A stretch of 64,000 nucleotides of DNA from Candidatus Nanopelagicales bacterium (GTDB lineage Bacteria > Actinomycetota > Actinomycetes > S36-B12), in NCBI GenBank assembly GCA_030726915.1, contig JANRCR010000041.1, positions 4,262-68,261 on the forward strand, in the 5' to 3' direction. Within the stretch, counting starts at the first letter, position 1. Each line of letters begins with the position of its first letter. The notes below the pieces were generated by a model that did no database searches, was not told the origin of the DNA, and saw only the letters and a list, made by a program, of their open reading frames with translations. A program made the translations under genes and the position numbers. This document shows positions 46,794 to 55,891 of this stretch, one piece after another.

Positions 46794-47900
46794 CTAGCCG
46801 AGGCGCTTGCGAGCCATTTCGGTGCCTGCGGCCAGGGCGTGCAACTTATCAATAGCGATGTAGCGCTGAAGGAGAATGAGTCCACAGTCAGTGGTCACTC
46901 CGAGACGCTCCGGCGGGATGAACTCGGCCAGACGCATGATCCGATCACACACTTCTTCTGCGGTCTCGGTAATGGTCGACTTCACATCGATCACTCCGGC
47001 CCAGAAATTGACGTTGTCCGGAAGCGGGTTGCTCTTAATGATGTCCAAGCCCGACAGATCATCGCTTCGACGTCCGCAATTCTCGAGATTGAGTACGTCG
47101 ATGTTGGCCTCATACGACTTCGGGATGACCGACGCGGTCGCTGAGGGAGCTTCGCCCTTGCGCTGAGTGAGGTCAAAGATCTCGCCCGCATCAGCGGTCT
47201 CATCCGGGTAGTAGGCAGGGGTTCCACCCCAGTTGCCCCAGCACACATGGACGATGATCTGGGCGTTCTGGACCCCCTGGACGGCCCGATTGAATGCGTC
47301 AATCGCCCACTCCTCGTAGAAGTACGGCCAGGTGAACTCATCCAACTGAATGAAGTCGATGCCGAGGGCATCAACTTCAAGGATGTCCTCATTGATCGCT
47401 GCCGCCATCGCCATCGCCCGATCGCGGGGGTCCTCGTAGTAGAGGTCGTTGGTGCACTGGGCAAGCACCTGCACGCCGGTGTACTGGATCTTGGTGGGCT
47501 TATTGGTCGCGCGCTTGAGCGCCTTCGCCTGCTCCACCATGATGCTGCCCCGACGCTTGAGCTCCTGCGTTAAGGTGCCTGCGTGCAGCCGGCTGTAGAT
47601 CGGGAAGCCAAGGTAGCCACCCTTCAAGTCGTAGCCTAGGCGACGCATGTAGTAGTAGACGGCTGCGTCCGCGTAGTTGTCGCCGTGAAGCCGGCCGTCC
47701 GAGATGATGTCTAGCCCGGCGATCTCCTGATCCTTGGCGATAGCAGCGGTCGCGTCCTCGAATGCCTCGCGAACGAAAGCATCCGGGGGCTCCTGGTCCC
47801 CGTGCCAGTCGCGGGCTGGACCCGCGTCCCACCAGCGTGGGTTGGGGTAATTGCCGACCATCGAGGTCGGGATGAGGATTTCCTTGTCTCCGACGCGCAT
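46794..47900 (-). CDS. etnE: Epoxyalkane:coenzyme M transferase-like enzyme (MetE-C / cobalamin-independent methionine synthase fold, Zn)
   Basis: 368 aa. MetE-type zinc ligands in context IIVHVCWGN (His-x-Cys) and GVTTDCGL (Cys). It sits in an operon with hydroxyalkyl-CoM dehydrogenase-like SDRs, next to a CoM biosynthesis operon and a 2-KPCC-like gene. Family fold is confident; the EaCoMT function is inferred from context. Confidence 0.72.
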   Translation of the reverse strand: MRVGDKEILIPTSMVGNYPNPRWWDAGPARDWHGDQEPPDAFVREAFEDATAAIAKDQEIAGLDIISDGRLHGDNYADAAVYYYMRRLGYDLKGGYLGFPIYSRLHAGTLTQELKRRGSIMVEQAKALKRATNKPTKIQYTGVQVLAQCTNDLYYEDPRDRAMAMAAAINEDILEVDALGIDFIQLDEFTWPYFYEEWAIDAFNRAVQGVQNAQIIVHVCWGNWGGTPAYYPDETADAGEIFDLTQRKGEAPSATASVIPKSYEANIDVLNLENCGRRSDDLSGLDIIKSNPLPDNVNFWAGVIDVKSTITETAEEVCDRIMRLAEFIPPERLGVTTDCGLILLQRYIAIDKLHALAAGTEMARKRLG

Positions 47901-48110
47901 CTGGTGCCTTCCCTTGATTGGGCGACCGTGGGTCGCACTTATGGGCCCTTTCGATCCCCGTTCCTACTGCGATAAACGTCCGCACCTGCGGGTACTCGCA
48001 CGCTAGCCCCGGGGGAGATCACCGACTACGTATGGTGGGGACGAAGTGCGGCGCGTATCCCTGTCCTGGCCGGGCGAACTTTCAGCGATTCCAGGACCGC
48101 AGCCCTTCCG

Positions 48111-50204
48111 CTAGGACGTCCACGTCGCTCGAGCGTCAACAGCGACCACCCCGTGTCCTCCCACGATGACGGGATTGAGGTCGAGTTCAATGAGGTTCGG
48201 GTGTGCCATCAGAAGGTCACCGACCGCGCAGATAAGCGGCGCGACATCCCTCGCCTCAACAGGCGATTCGCCCCGGACCCCGGCGAGAAGCCCGGCCGCT
48301 CGAGAGCGCTCAACGAGGGCGACGGCTGCCGCTTCATCCAGGGGAGCTGGAGCAAAGCACACCTCCCCGATCGATTCAACGAAGACTCCGCCGAGCCCAA
48401 GAGCCACGACGGGCCCAAAAGTCGGCTCGCGGAGTCCTCCGATGACCAACTCGACACCCGTGACCTGCCGTTGGATCGCCACAAGCGCACCGTCCACAAG
48501 CGCGAGCAGATCAGTCGCGGCCTCCGCGACAGCATCGATCGAAGACAGGGACACGCGTACACCGCCGACATCGGTCTTGTGTGACAGGTCCTTATGATCC
48601 ACCTTGGCCACAACCGGGAAGCCAAGGGACAGGGCCGCCTCTTCCGCCTCTGGCACAGTCGCACAGAACCGCGTCTCCACAAAAGGAATACGGTGCTCGG
48701 CAAGGAGTGCCAGCAGCCCCTGTCCACCCTGCGCCGAGGTCGCCTCCCCTGCTTTGCCGCCTCCGGTCGACCTAGCCACACGGTCCGGCTCGGGACGAGG
48801 TGGGCCCGCGGCGCCGCGAGCACCGAGGACGCCCGCGTAGCGGACTGCATGCCCCACGGCTCGCGCTGTGCGCTCAGGCCACTCAAGACACGGGATGCCC
48901 GCTTCCTGCAGGAGTGCCGCCACGGGCCAGGCTGACCTCCGCGCCACCCAACAGCAGTAGACGGGCACACGCACACCATCTGCTCTCAGGCGGTGTACTG
49001 CGGCGATGATGGCCCGGGCAACGTCAGCGTTCTCCGCCGATCGATGCAGCAGCACAGGGATCACGACGTCGACCTCACCGGAGCGCGCCACTTCATCAAT
49101 CACGGCGGGATACATTTCTACGAATCGTGTCCAGGCCGGTGTCACATCGACAGGGTTAGCCGAACTGGCATAGGTGGGCAGGAGCGACTCAAGTCGTGCC
49201 CGTAAACCGGGAGAGAACGGGGGCACCACGATGTCCTCTACTGAGAGTAGGTCGGCCAGCTCAGTGCCGGTACCTCCAGAGTTGGTAATGATGGCTGCGC
49301 GTGCGCCGCGCGGCACAGGCTGCAAGGCGAGCGCCTTTGCTGCGTCGAGCATCTCCAGTCCCGACCGCGCGACTGTGATGCCAACGGCAGTCATCACGTC
49401 ATTCCATGCGCGACGCTCCGCGGCCAGCGCACCGGTGTGTGACGCCGCAGCGCGAGCACCGGCCTCCGAACGACCTACCGCCGCCACGATCAATGGCTTT
49501 GCAGGGGTGGTGCGCCGTGCCACGTCGAGCAGGAGTTCGCCGTCAGCAATCGACTCAGCAAAAAGACAGATCACCCGCGTGCGATCGTCGAGGCGGAGGT
49601 AGTCGATGACCTCGGAATCATCTACGTCGCACCGGTTTCCCGAGGAGTAGGCGACGGCGAAGCCAACCCCTTCGTCGTCCGACATGGCGTTGAGGGCCAT
49701 CGCGTAGGACCCAGATTGGGTGATGATGCTGATGCCGCCACCCCCACGCGCAGCCCCGGTGGAGAGAGAGGCATTGAGCGGGAGGTCGCAGTTCTGCACC
49801 CCCAAACAGTTGGGGCCGACAACAAGGAGGTCCGCCTCTCGCGCAGCGTCGGCAATCTGGGTCTGGAGCCTTTGCCCCTCAGGGCCGGTCTCGGCAAATC
49901 CACCGCTCACGATGACGCACGCTCGGACGCCTACGGCGACGGCGTCATCAATCACTCCGGGCACCTTCGCCGCCGGCACAGCGATCACCGCGAGATCGAT
50001 CGGACCGGGCACGTCCCGCAGTGTGGGGTAGGCCGTCACGCCGTTGATCTCGGTCGCCGACCGGCTCACAGGCACACTCTCGCCCGGGAACGACTCAAGG
50101 TTGCGCCAGAGCACCCAACCCGGCGATCCCTCCGTGTTGGAGGCGCCTACGACCGCCACTCGCTGGGGGTCGAGAATCGCCCACAGCGGACGGGACGCCC
50201 GCAT
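48111..50204 (-). CDS. ADP-forming acyl/acetyl-CoA synthetase (fused CoA-binding + ATP-grasp)
   Basis: 697 aa. RVAVVGASNTEGSPG CoA-binding start and a C-terminal ATP-grasp domain. Start overlaps the upstream stop (TGATG). Confidence 0.85.
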   Translation of the reverse strand: MRASRPLWAILDPQRVAVVGASNTEGSPGWVLWRNLESFPGESVPVSRSATEINGVTAYPTLRDVPGPIDLAVIAVPAAKVPGVIDDAVAVGVRACVIVSGGFAETGPEGQRLQTQIADAAREADLLVVGPNCLGVQNCDLPLNASLSTGAARGGGGISIITQSGSYAMALNAMSDDEGVGFAVAYSSGNRCDVDDSEVIDYLRLDDRTRVICLFAESIADGELLLDVARRTTPAKPLIVAAVGRSEAGARAAASHTGALAAERRAWNDVMTAVGITVARSGLEMLDAAKALALQPVPRGARAAIITNSGGTGTELADLLSVEDIVVPPFSPGLRARLESLLPTYASSANPVDVTPAWTRFVEMYPAVIDEVARSGEVDVVIPVLLHRSAENADVARAIIAAVHRLRADGVRVPVYCCWVARRSAWPVAALLQEAGIPCLEWPERTARAVGHAVRYAGVLGARGAAGPPRPEPDRVARSTGGGKAGEATSAQGGQGLLALLAEHRIPFVETRFCATVPEAEEAALSLGFPVVAKVDHKDLSHKTDVGGVRVSLSSIDAVAEAATDLLALVDGALVAIQRQVTGVELVIGGLREPTFGPVVALGLGGVFVESIGEVCFAPAPLDEAAAVALVERSRAAGLLAGVRGESPVEARDVAPLICAVGDLLMAHPNLIELDLNPVIVGGHGVVAVDARATWTS

Positions 50205-51019
50205 CAGTGGAGTGCCACCTCGAAGGTGCGCTGCAACTCGCCGGGGTCGAACTCCGATCGGCGCACACCCAGCGGGTCAATCGCGCGCACGGCAGCGAGT
50301 TCAGCAGGGCTGGGCGGCTCGACAGTTCCCAGGTCCGATGCCACCTCGAATTCGAAGCCGGTTGAGCTGCGTACGTCGTCCTCCGTCACATCAGGCCACA
50401 TCTCACGCAGGCGAGCAATGCCTGAGCCGTCATAATCGAAGATTCCCAATTCCGTGACCAGCCACTGCGGGCCGCCGCCCGAGTATCCGAGAGCCTTGCG
50501 ATCACCGGCCGGGGTGACGTGGCCAATATCGGTGATGAAGTCGCACGAAGACACCAGGGTCCGTCCTGAGCGGTGACGAGTAGTCCACAGGGTGAGTTGA
50601 CCGATCGTCGCTGAGATGTTGCAACCGCCGCCACCTCCGCCCAATTTGACCTTCGGTCGATCCAGCGGCCCGACAGCTGTGACATTGGTGTTGCCGTATC
50701 CATCGATCTGACCACCAGACAGGAACATACGATCCACATCCCCTCGGGACGCTGCATCAAAGAACTCTTCAAATCTCATGCTGTAGGCAGCGCCCTGCTT
50801 GAGACTGTTGTCGTTGCTTGTCGGGGGGATAAAGGGAGGATCCGGGTTGATCGCGTACATCGCACCCTCGATCAAGAGCATGTCGGGAGCGTGCGTTCGC
50901 CGCGCAACGTGCATCGCCACCTGCGCGCAGGGGCTGCCGAACCCATGGAAGACAACCTCCCGGTCACGGATCGTGCGAGCCAAGGCCACGACGAACCACT
51001 CATCAATGGTGTACGTCAT
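50204..51019 (-). CDS. Family I CoA-transferase, subunit B
   Basis: Start is MTYTIDEW (ATG 51019, ATGA overlap with subunit A). Resembles glutaconate/3-oxoacid CoA-transferase beta subunits. Confidence 0.8.
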   Translation of the reverse strand: MTYTIDEWFVVALARTIRDREVVFHGFGSPCAQVAMHVARRTHAPDMLLIEGAMYAINPDPPFIPPTSNDNSLKQGAAYSMRFEEFFDAASRGDVDRMFLSGGQIDGYGNTNVTAVGPLDRPKVKLGGGGGGCNISATIGQLTLWTTRHRSGRTLVSSCDFITDIGHVTPAGDRKALGYSGGGPQWLVTELGIFDYDGSGIARLREMWPDVTEDDVRSSTGFEFEVASDLGTVEPPSPAELAAVRAIDPLGVRRSEFDPGELQRTFEVALH

Positions 51020-51924
51020 GCGAAAAGCCCCTTCCACGCATCGACTGATTCACTCCAGGTAGTGAGGCGCTCAAGTTCTGCAGAGCCCTGCCGATCTCGA
51101 TAGCCCGCCTCGTCGGTGCTGCGCACCCACTCGTCCAGATAGGACTCAAGGGATTCCTGCGTCCCAGCAGCTCGGATGTAGGCACCCGTGGCCGAGCGGT
51201 CATAGGCATAGTGCGGGTAACTCGATGCCGGGTGAGCACCAAATGGCACTTCGGCAACGCCCCTCACCAAGTGGGCCGGGATGGTGATTCCGCGCTCGAC
51301 CAACTCCTCGGTCGCCACGATCTTGTCTACCGTAGCGACAACCGATCGCGCGGCACTCGCGAAGTGTTCATCGAGTACGTACGGCTGCTCCATGTAGAGG
51401 TTGCCCCGGGTGTCCCCGAGCGGCGCGTGCAGTAGCGCGACGTCCGGGCGCAGCGGTGGAACCACGACGAGCACCTCCCCCGTGAAGGGGCAGGTCATCT
51501 CGGCGTACTCGGGGTGGAGGCGCCGCATGTCCGTGCCCTTGATACCCCTAACTGGCAGGAAGGGGACCCCCATCTCCGCAGCACGCAACTGCGTCAGGAT
51601 GGTGACGCAGCAACTCTCCTTTACCTGGATCGTGCCACTCTCCGCGGCCCTTCTGTAGGCAGGCGCGAGCCCGAAGTCCTGCTCAAAGCCCACGTAACTC
51701 TCCTCGCAGACAGTTATTGCACCTGCCGCTACGAGCATGTCGACGTCCAGGCTGTGCGCCGAGCCGACCACGTGCAGGTTCCTGCGACCCTGACGAATCA
51801 TCTCGCGTATCAGAGCCATAGGCAGGCGCGCGGAGAGGCCACCACCTAGGGCGACGACGTCGCCATCAGCGACCATCCCAGCCGCCGTGGAGAGATCGAC
51901 TCGCTTATCGGGATCCAGAAACAT
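51016..51924 (-). CDS. Family I CoA-transferase, subunit A
   Basis: 302 aa. DGDVVALGG... N-terminus typical of CoA-transferase alpha subunits. Confidence 0.8.
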   Translation of the reverse strand: MFLDPDKRVDLSTAAGMVADGDVVALGGGLSARLPMALIREMIRQGRRNLHVVGSAHSLDVDMLVAAGAITVCEESYVGFEQDFGLAPAYRRAAESGTIQVKESCCVTILTQLRAAEMGVPFLPVRGIKGTDMRRLHPEYAEMTCPFTGEVLVVVPPLRPDVALLHAPLGDTRGNLYMEQPYVLDEHFASAARSVVATVDKIVATEELVERGITIPAHLVRGVAEVPFGAHPASSYPHYAYDRSATGAYIRAAGTQESLESYLDEWVRSTDEAGYRDRQGSAELERLTTWSESVDAWKGLFA

Positions 51925-51954
51925 GTTCCTCCTCGCTCAGGGCCGACATCGGCG

Positions 51955-52734
51955 CTAGATCGTCGTCATCCCGCCGTCAATGCTGAGCACCGATCCCGTG
52001 ACGAAGGCAGCCTCATCACTCGAGAGATAGAGCGCCGCCTTTGCTATGTCCACCACATCGCCAAGTCGACCAATCGGGTACTTCGCGATCGTTATCGCAA
52101 GACCCTTCTGCAGGTCGCCCCCACCGCGGGCGGTGAGCATCGGCTCCATGAGAGGCGTGTAGACGGTCCCCGGAGCGATCGCGTTTACCCGGATCCCACG
52201 GGGGGCAAGGTCAACAGACATCGACCGCGTAAGGCTCGCAACCGCACCCTTGGCAGCGCAATACGCCGCGAAGTTCGGGATACCCACGAGCGCCGCCACA
52301 GAGGCCTGATTGATGATGGATCCCTTGCTCGCCTGCATCATCGACGGAACGACTGCTCGCGAGCAGAGGTACGTGCCCTTCACGTTGATGTCAAAGCAGC
52401 GGTCCCAGTCGTCTTCCTCAGCCACGTCGACGGCGCCCGTGCTCCCAATCCCAGCATTGTTGTACAGCACAGAGATGTCGCCGAACTCCGCGATGACCGC
52501 CGTGACTGCAGCGCGAACCTGGGCATCAACAGTCACATCAGTCGTCAGTGCCATAGCTCGCTGACCGGCCGCACGAATGCCGTCACTCACCTCGGCCGCG
52601 GCATCACCGTTGACATCGAGCACCGCTACGGCTGCTCCCTCCCGCGCGAAAAGTTCCGCCGAAGCACGTCCGATTCCCGAACCCGCGCCCGTGATCACGG
52701 CCACCTTGCCCTCTAGCCTTCCCGGCATCATCAT
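51955..52734 (-). CDS. SDR dehydrogenase; candidate second hydroxyalkyl-CoM dehydrogenase
   Basis: 259 aa. TGAGSGIGRA, NNAG and YCAAK catalytic motif. Functional label comes from operon context only. Confidence 0.6.
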   Translation of the reverse strand: MMMPGRLEGKVAVITGAGSGIGRASAELFAREGAAVAVLDVNGDAAAEVSDGIRAAGQRAMALTTDVTVDAQVRAAVTAVIAEFGDISVLYNNAGIGSTGAVDVAEEDDWDRCFDINVKGTYLCSRAVVPSMMQASKGSIINQASVAALVGIPNFAAYCAAKGAVASLTRSMSVDLAPRGIRVNAIAPGTVYTPLMEPMLTARGGGDLQKGLAITIAKYPIGRLGDVVDIAKAALYLSSDEAAFVTGSVLSIDGGMTTI

Positions 52735-52789
52735 TCCTTTCGCTCGTTGTCAGAAACTTCATCTTCTTGAGTTTCGATCGGTCACACAA

Positions 52790-53533
52790 TCACCACGATG
52801 ACCACCCACCGTCGATCACGATCGCCGAGCCGTTGGCGTAGGCCATGCGCCCTGAGGCAAGCAGTGCGACGGTGTCCGCGACGTCCTCCGGTTGAGCCAC
52901 ACGTCCGATCGGGACCATCGCCTCGACCTTGGCGCGCAACTCGGGCTGGTCGAGGCGCCACTGCGTCATTGGGGTCTCGACCATGCCCGGGCAGATCGCA
53001 TTCGATCGGATTCCCAGGGGGCCATAGTCGACCGCCACCGAGCGGGCGAACATCAGAGCAGCGCCCTTTGAGGTCGTGTACGCGCAGCGCCCGGGAAAGG
53101 CAATAAGGCCCGCCACCGAGGCAATAGTGATGATCTGGCCACTGCCCGCGGCAATCATCGAGGGCAGCAGGGACCTCGTGCACAGGAAGGGGCCCCTTAC
53201 GTTGACAGCAATAACGCGGTCGAACTCGTCGATGGGCGTTTCTCCCGCGCTCGTCGCCTGCTGCGATCCCGTAATGCCGGCATTGTTCACAAGGACGTCG
53301 ACATGTCCCAACCTGTTGAGGATGCGGCCCATGACGTCCTGGACATCGTCGGGATCGGTGACGTCCAAGGCAAAGTGGTGCGGCGACAGAGATCGCACAG
53401 ACTCGACGTCCAGATCCGTTGCCACGACCTGCATCCCCTCGGAGATAAGTCGTCGAACGCTTGCGCTGCCGATACCACCGGCCGCGCCGGTTACGACGAC
53501 GACAGGTGACTGATCCTCACTGGTCACTGTCAA
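52790..53533 (-). CDS. xecD: SDR dehydrogenase resembling R-2-hydroxypropyl-CoM dehydrogenase
   Basis: 247 aa. TGAAGGIGSA, NNAGI, YTTSKGA, and the C-terminal stretch CPGMVETPMTQWRLDQPELRAKV. That stretch closely matches the substrate-binding region of Xanthobacter R-HPCDH as I remember it; needs alignment to confirm. Confidence 0.65.
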   Translation of the reverse strand: MTVTSEDQSPVVVVTGAAGGIGSASVRRLISEGMQVVATDLDVESVRSLSPHHFALDVTDPDDVQDVMGRILNRLGHVDVLVNNAGITGSQQATSAGETPIDEFDRVIAVNVRGPFLCTRSLLPSMIAAGSGQIITIASVAGLIAFPGRCAYTTSKGAALMFARSVAVDYGPLGIRSNAICPGMVETPMTQWRLDQPELRAKVEAMVPIGRVAQPEDVADTVALLASGRMAYANGSAIVIDGGWSSW

Positions 53534-54855
53534 CCCCTTCCCCGGGCCAACACAGCAGCCTGCGCCGCCTGGATGAGTGGGTCGTAGACCGGTGAGTACG
53601 GCGGAGCATAAGCAAGGTCTAGCTCCGCGATGTCGTCAACAGTCATACCTACCTGAAGGGCAGCCGCCACCACATTGATGCGTTGAGCTACCCCGTCCCT
53701 ACCTACCAGTTGGGCACCGATCACACGGCCGTCCGGCTTGTGAACCAGGCGCACGATGATCGGCTCGGCTCCCGGGTAGTACTTAGCGCGGGACTTTGCC
53801 GTCACCTGAGTCGCCTCCGCGCGCCATCCGCGCGCGCGCGCCTCCTCAAGCGTGACGCCCGTGTGCGCGACGGTGAGATCGAAGACCTTGACAACCGCGG
53901 TGCCGACGACGCCCGCAAAGGTGGCTTCGCCACCTCCGGCGACGGTGCCTGCGACCCGCCCGGTCTTATTGGCTGCGGGGCCGAGTGGCACGAAGGCGGG
54001 TTCCCCGAGGACTCGATGATGCACCGCGATGCAGTCACCAGCGGCATAGACGTCCTCGGCGGAGGTGCGCATCTGCTCGTCAACGATGAGGGCTCCGTTG
54101 GGGAGCGCTGCCAAGTCGGACACAAGACCCGTCGAGGGACTTACTCCGACCGCGAGCACGACCACGTCCGTCGGGATAGTGCCACCGTCGTACTCCACGT
54201 CAATGTGGGAGTCATGGGAATGCAACGCCCTGAGTTCGGCATCCAAAAGCAGCGTGCAGTGACGCTCGGTTTCGGTTTGGATGATAGCGGCCACATCGGG
54301 GTCGACAGTCGTCATCACGCGGGATAGCCGATCCATGACCGTGACGTCGAGACCACATGCATGCAGGGCCTCAGCCATTTCCAGTCCGACGTACCCGGCC
54401 CCCACGATGACCCCTCGGCGTGCGGTTCCGAGTCGTGCACGGAGCTCAATGGCATCCTCGAGTCGCCGAACAGTCATGACACGGGGATCGTCAACGCCGG
54501 GGATCGATGGCACGATTGGCTGTGCACCAGCCGCGTACACCAGGGCGTCGTAACCCCACTCGGCTCCATCGCTATCGACCACGAGGTGCGCTTCCAGGTC
54601 GACCGAAGTGATCACGCTGTCGAGCCGCAGGTCAATGCGTCTGCGCTCGCGAAACTCCGCCGCGGGATAGGCGATAAGGCTCTCGGGGTCAGAGATCACG
54701 CCACCGAGGTAGTAGGGGAGCCCACATACCCCGTAGGACGGAAAGGGGCCTTGCTCCCACACGGTCACCTCGGCGGTGCTATCCGCGCGGCGCGCCGCTG
54801 AAGCCGCCGACATCCCGGCGGCCCCGCCTCCGATCACCACGATTCGCCGGGGCAC
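53530..54855 (-). CDS. Single-cysteine FAD/NAD(P)H disulfide oxidoreductase (CoA-disulfide reductase / NADH oxidase family)
   Basis: 441 aa, GTG start after GGAGGTG. VVIGGGAAGMSAA FAD fold, single redox Cys context SYGVCGLPYY, second Rossmann VIVGAGYVGLEMAE. 4-nt overlap with the downstream SDR. Confidence 0.8.
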   Translation of the reverse strand: MPRRIVVIGGGAAGMSAASAARRADSTAEVTVWEQGPFPSYGVCGLPYYLGGVISDPESLIAYPAAEFRERRRIDLRLDSVITSVDLEAHLVVDSDGAEWGYDALVYAAGAQPIVPSIPGVDDPRVMTVRRLEDAIELRARLGTARRGVIVGAGYVGLEMAEALHACGLDVTVMDRLSRVMTTVDPDVAAIIQTETERHCTLLLDAELRALHSHDSHIDVEYDGGTIPTDVVVLAVGVSPSTGLVSDLAALPNGALIVDEQMRTSAEDVYAAGDCIAVHHRVLGEPAFVPLGPAANKTGRVAGTVAGGGEATFAGVVGTAVVKVFDLTVAHTGVTLEEARARGWRAEATQVTAKSRAKYYPGAEPIIVRLVHKPDGRVIGAQLVGRDGVAQRINVVAAALQVGMTVDDIAELDLAYAPPYSPVYDPLIQAAQAAVLARGRG

Positions 54856-55087
54856 GCCACCTCCAAAGCCTTGAACGACCGCCCATCAGGGCGATCGTCT
54901 TGACCCTCCCAGGGGGAAGGTGGGAACTCTATGACCGCTTGGGGCTAAGTTCCACGGTTTCTTCGGCCCTTCAGGACGGCACAATCGGTTGTCAGCTCGC
55001 CTAATATTCTCGACACACCGCATGTTGTCGCCTCATAAAGGGGACAACCGTGTACCCAAAGCCAAAGAAGGGGCGAACGACGTGCAG

Positions 55088-55879
55088 ATGTGGGAGCAGC
55101 CTCAGTTCCTTGACCTGCCGTCTCGTGACGCCAAGCCCCGTCGGCGCGGACTCACGCATGTCCTCGACAAGGGTCTCGATCTTGCGCGAACGGAGGCTTT
55201 TGTCGGCCAGTGCGCGCATCTCGTTGACATCGTGAAGATTGGCTGGGGCATCGGCTACGTCGACTCGACATTGCCGGCGCGCATTCGCGTCTATCGCGAG
55301 GCCGACGTCAGCGTCAGCCTCGGCGGAACGCTAGTGGAAGTCTGTGCGATGCAAGATCGCGTCCTGGAACTGCGTGACTGGGCACTGTCCCTGGGGGTCA
55401 CTGTGATGGAGGTATCCAACGGACTTCACCTCCTCGACCCGCAATCCAAGTCTGCGCTCATCCGCCTACTGAGCGAGGACTTCACCGTCGCGGCCGAGGT
55501 CGGAGACAAGGATCCGTCCCTTCCTGTAGTCGCTGACAAGTGGATTGAGGAAATGGAGCGTGATCTCGAGGCGGGCGCCACCTGGCTGGTCGCCGAAGGA
55601 CGCGAGTCAGGCACCGTCGGTATCTACTCAGCAGACGGTGGCGTGCGCGCCGATCTCGTGGAGAGCCTTGCGGACCGCATCACACTGGAACGAATCATTT
55701 TTGAGGCACCACTCAAGGCCCAGCAGACGTGGTTCATCGAACGTGGAGGCCCACAGGTCAACCTCGGCAACATCGCCCCTGAGGACGTGCTGCCGCTGGA
55801 GACTCTCCGCCTGGGGCTGCGGGCGGATACGGCAGTCTCCGTCGCCGCAATGATCACTCCCGAACGCGCCCTTCAGTGA
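55088..55879 (+). CDS. comA: (2R)-phospho-3-sulfolactate synthase (ComA / XcbA)
   Basis: KPRRRGLTHVLDKGL, DIVKIGWG, GGTLVE, EGRESG, IFEAPLKAQQTWFI and VNLGNI...LETLRLGLRADT are collinear with archaeal ComA. Start is ATG 55088 (alternative GTG 55082). Confidence 0.9.
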   Translation: MWEQPQFLDLPSRDAKPRRRGLTHVLDKGLDLARTEAFVGQCAHLVDIVKIGWGIGYVDSTLPARIRVYREADVSVSLGGTLVEVCAMQDRVLELRDWALSLGVTVMEVSNGLHLLDPQSKSALIRLLSEDFTVAAEVGDKDPSLPVVADKWIEEMERDLEAGATWLVAEGRESGTVGIYSADGGVRADLVESLADRITLERIIFEAPLKAQQTWFIERGGPQVNLGNIAPEDVLPLETLRLGLRADTAVSVAAMITPERALQ

Positions 55880-55891
55880 GAGGATGTGCGC

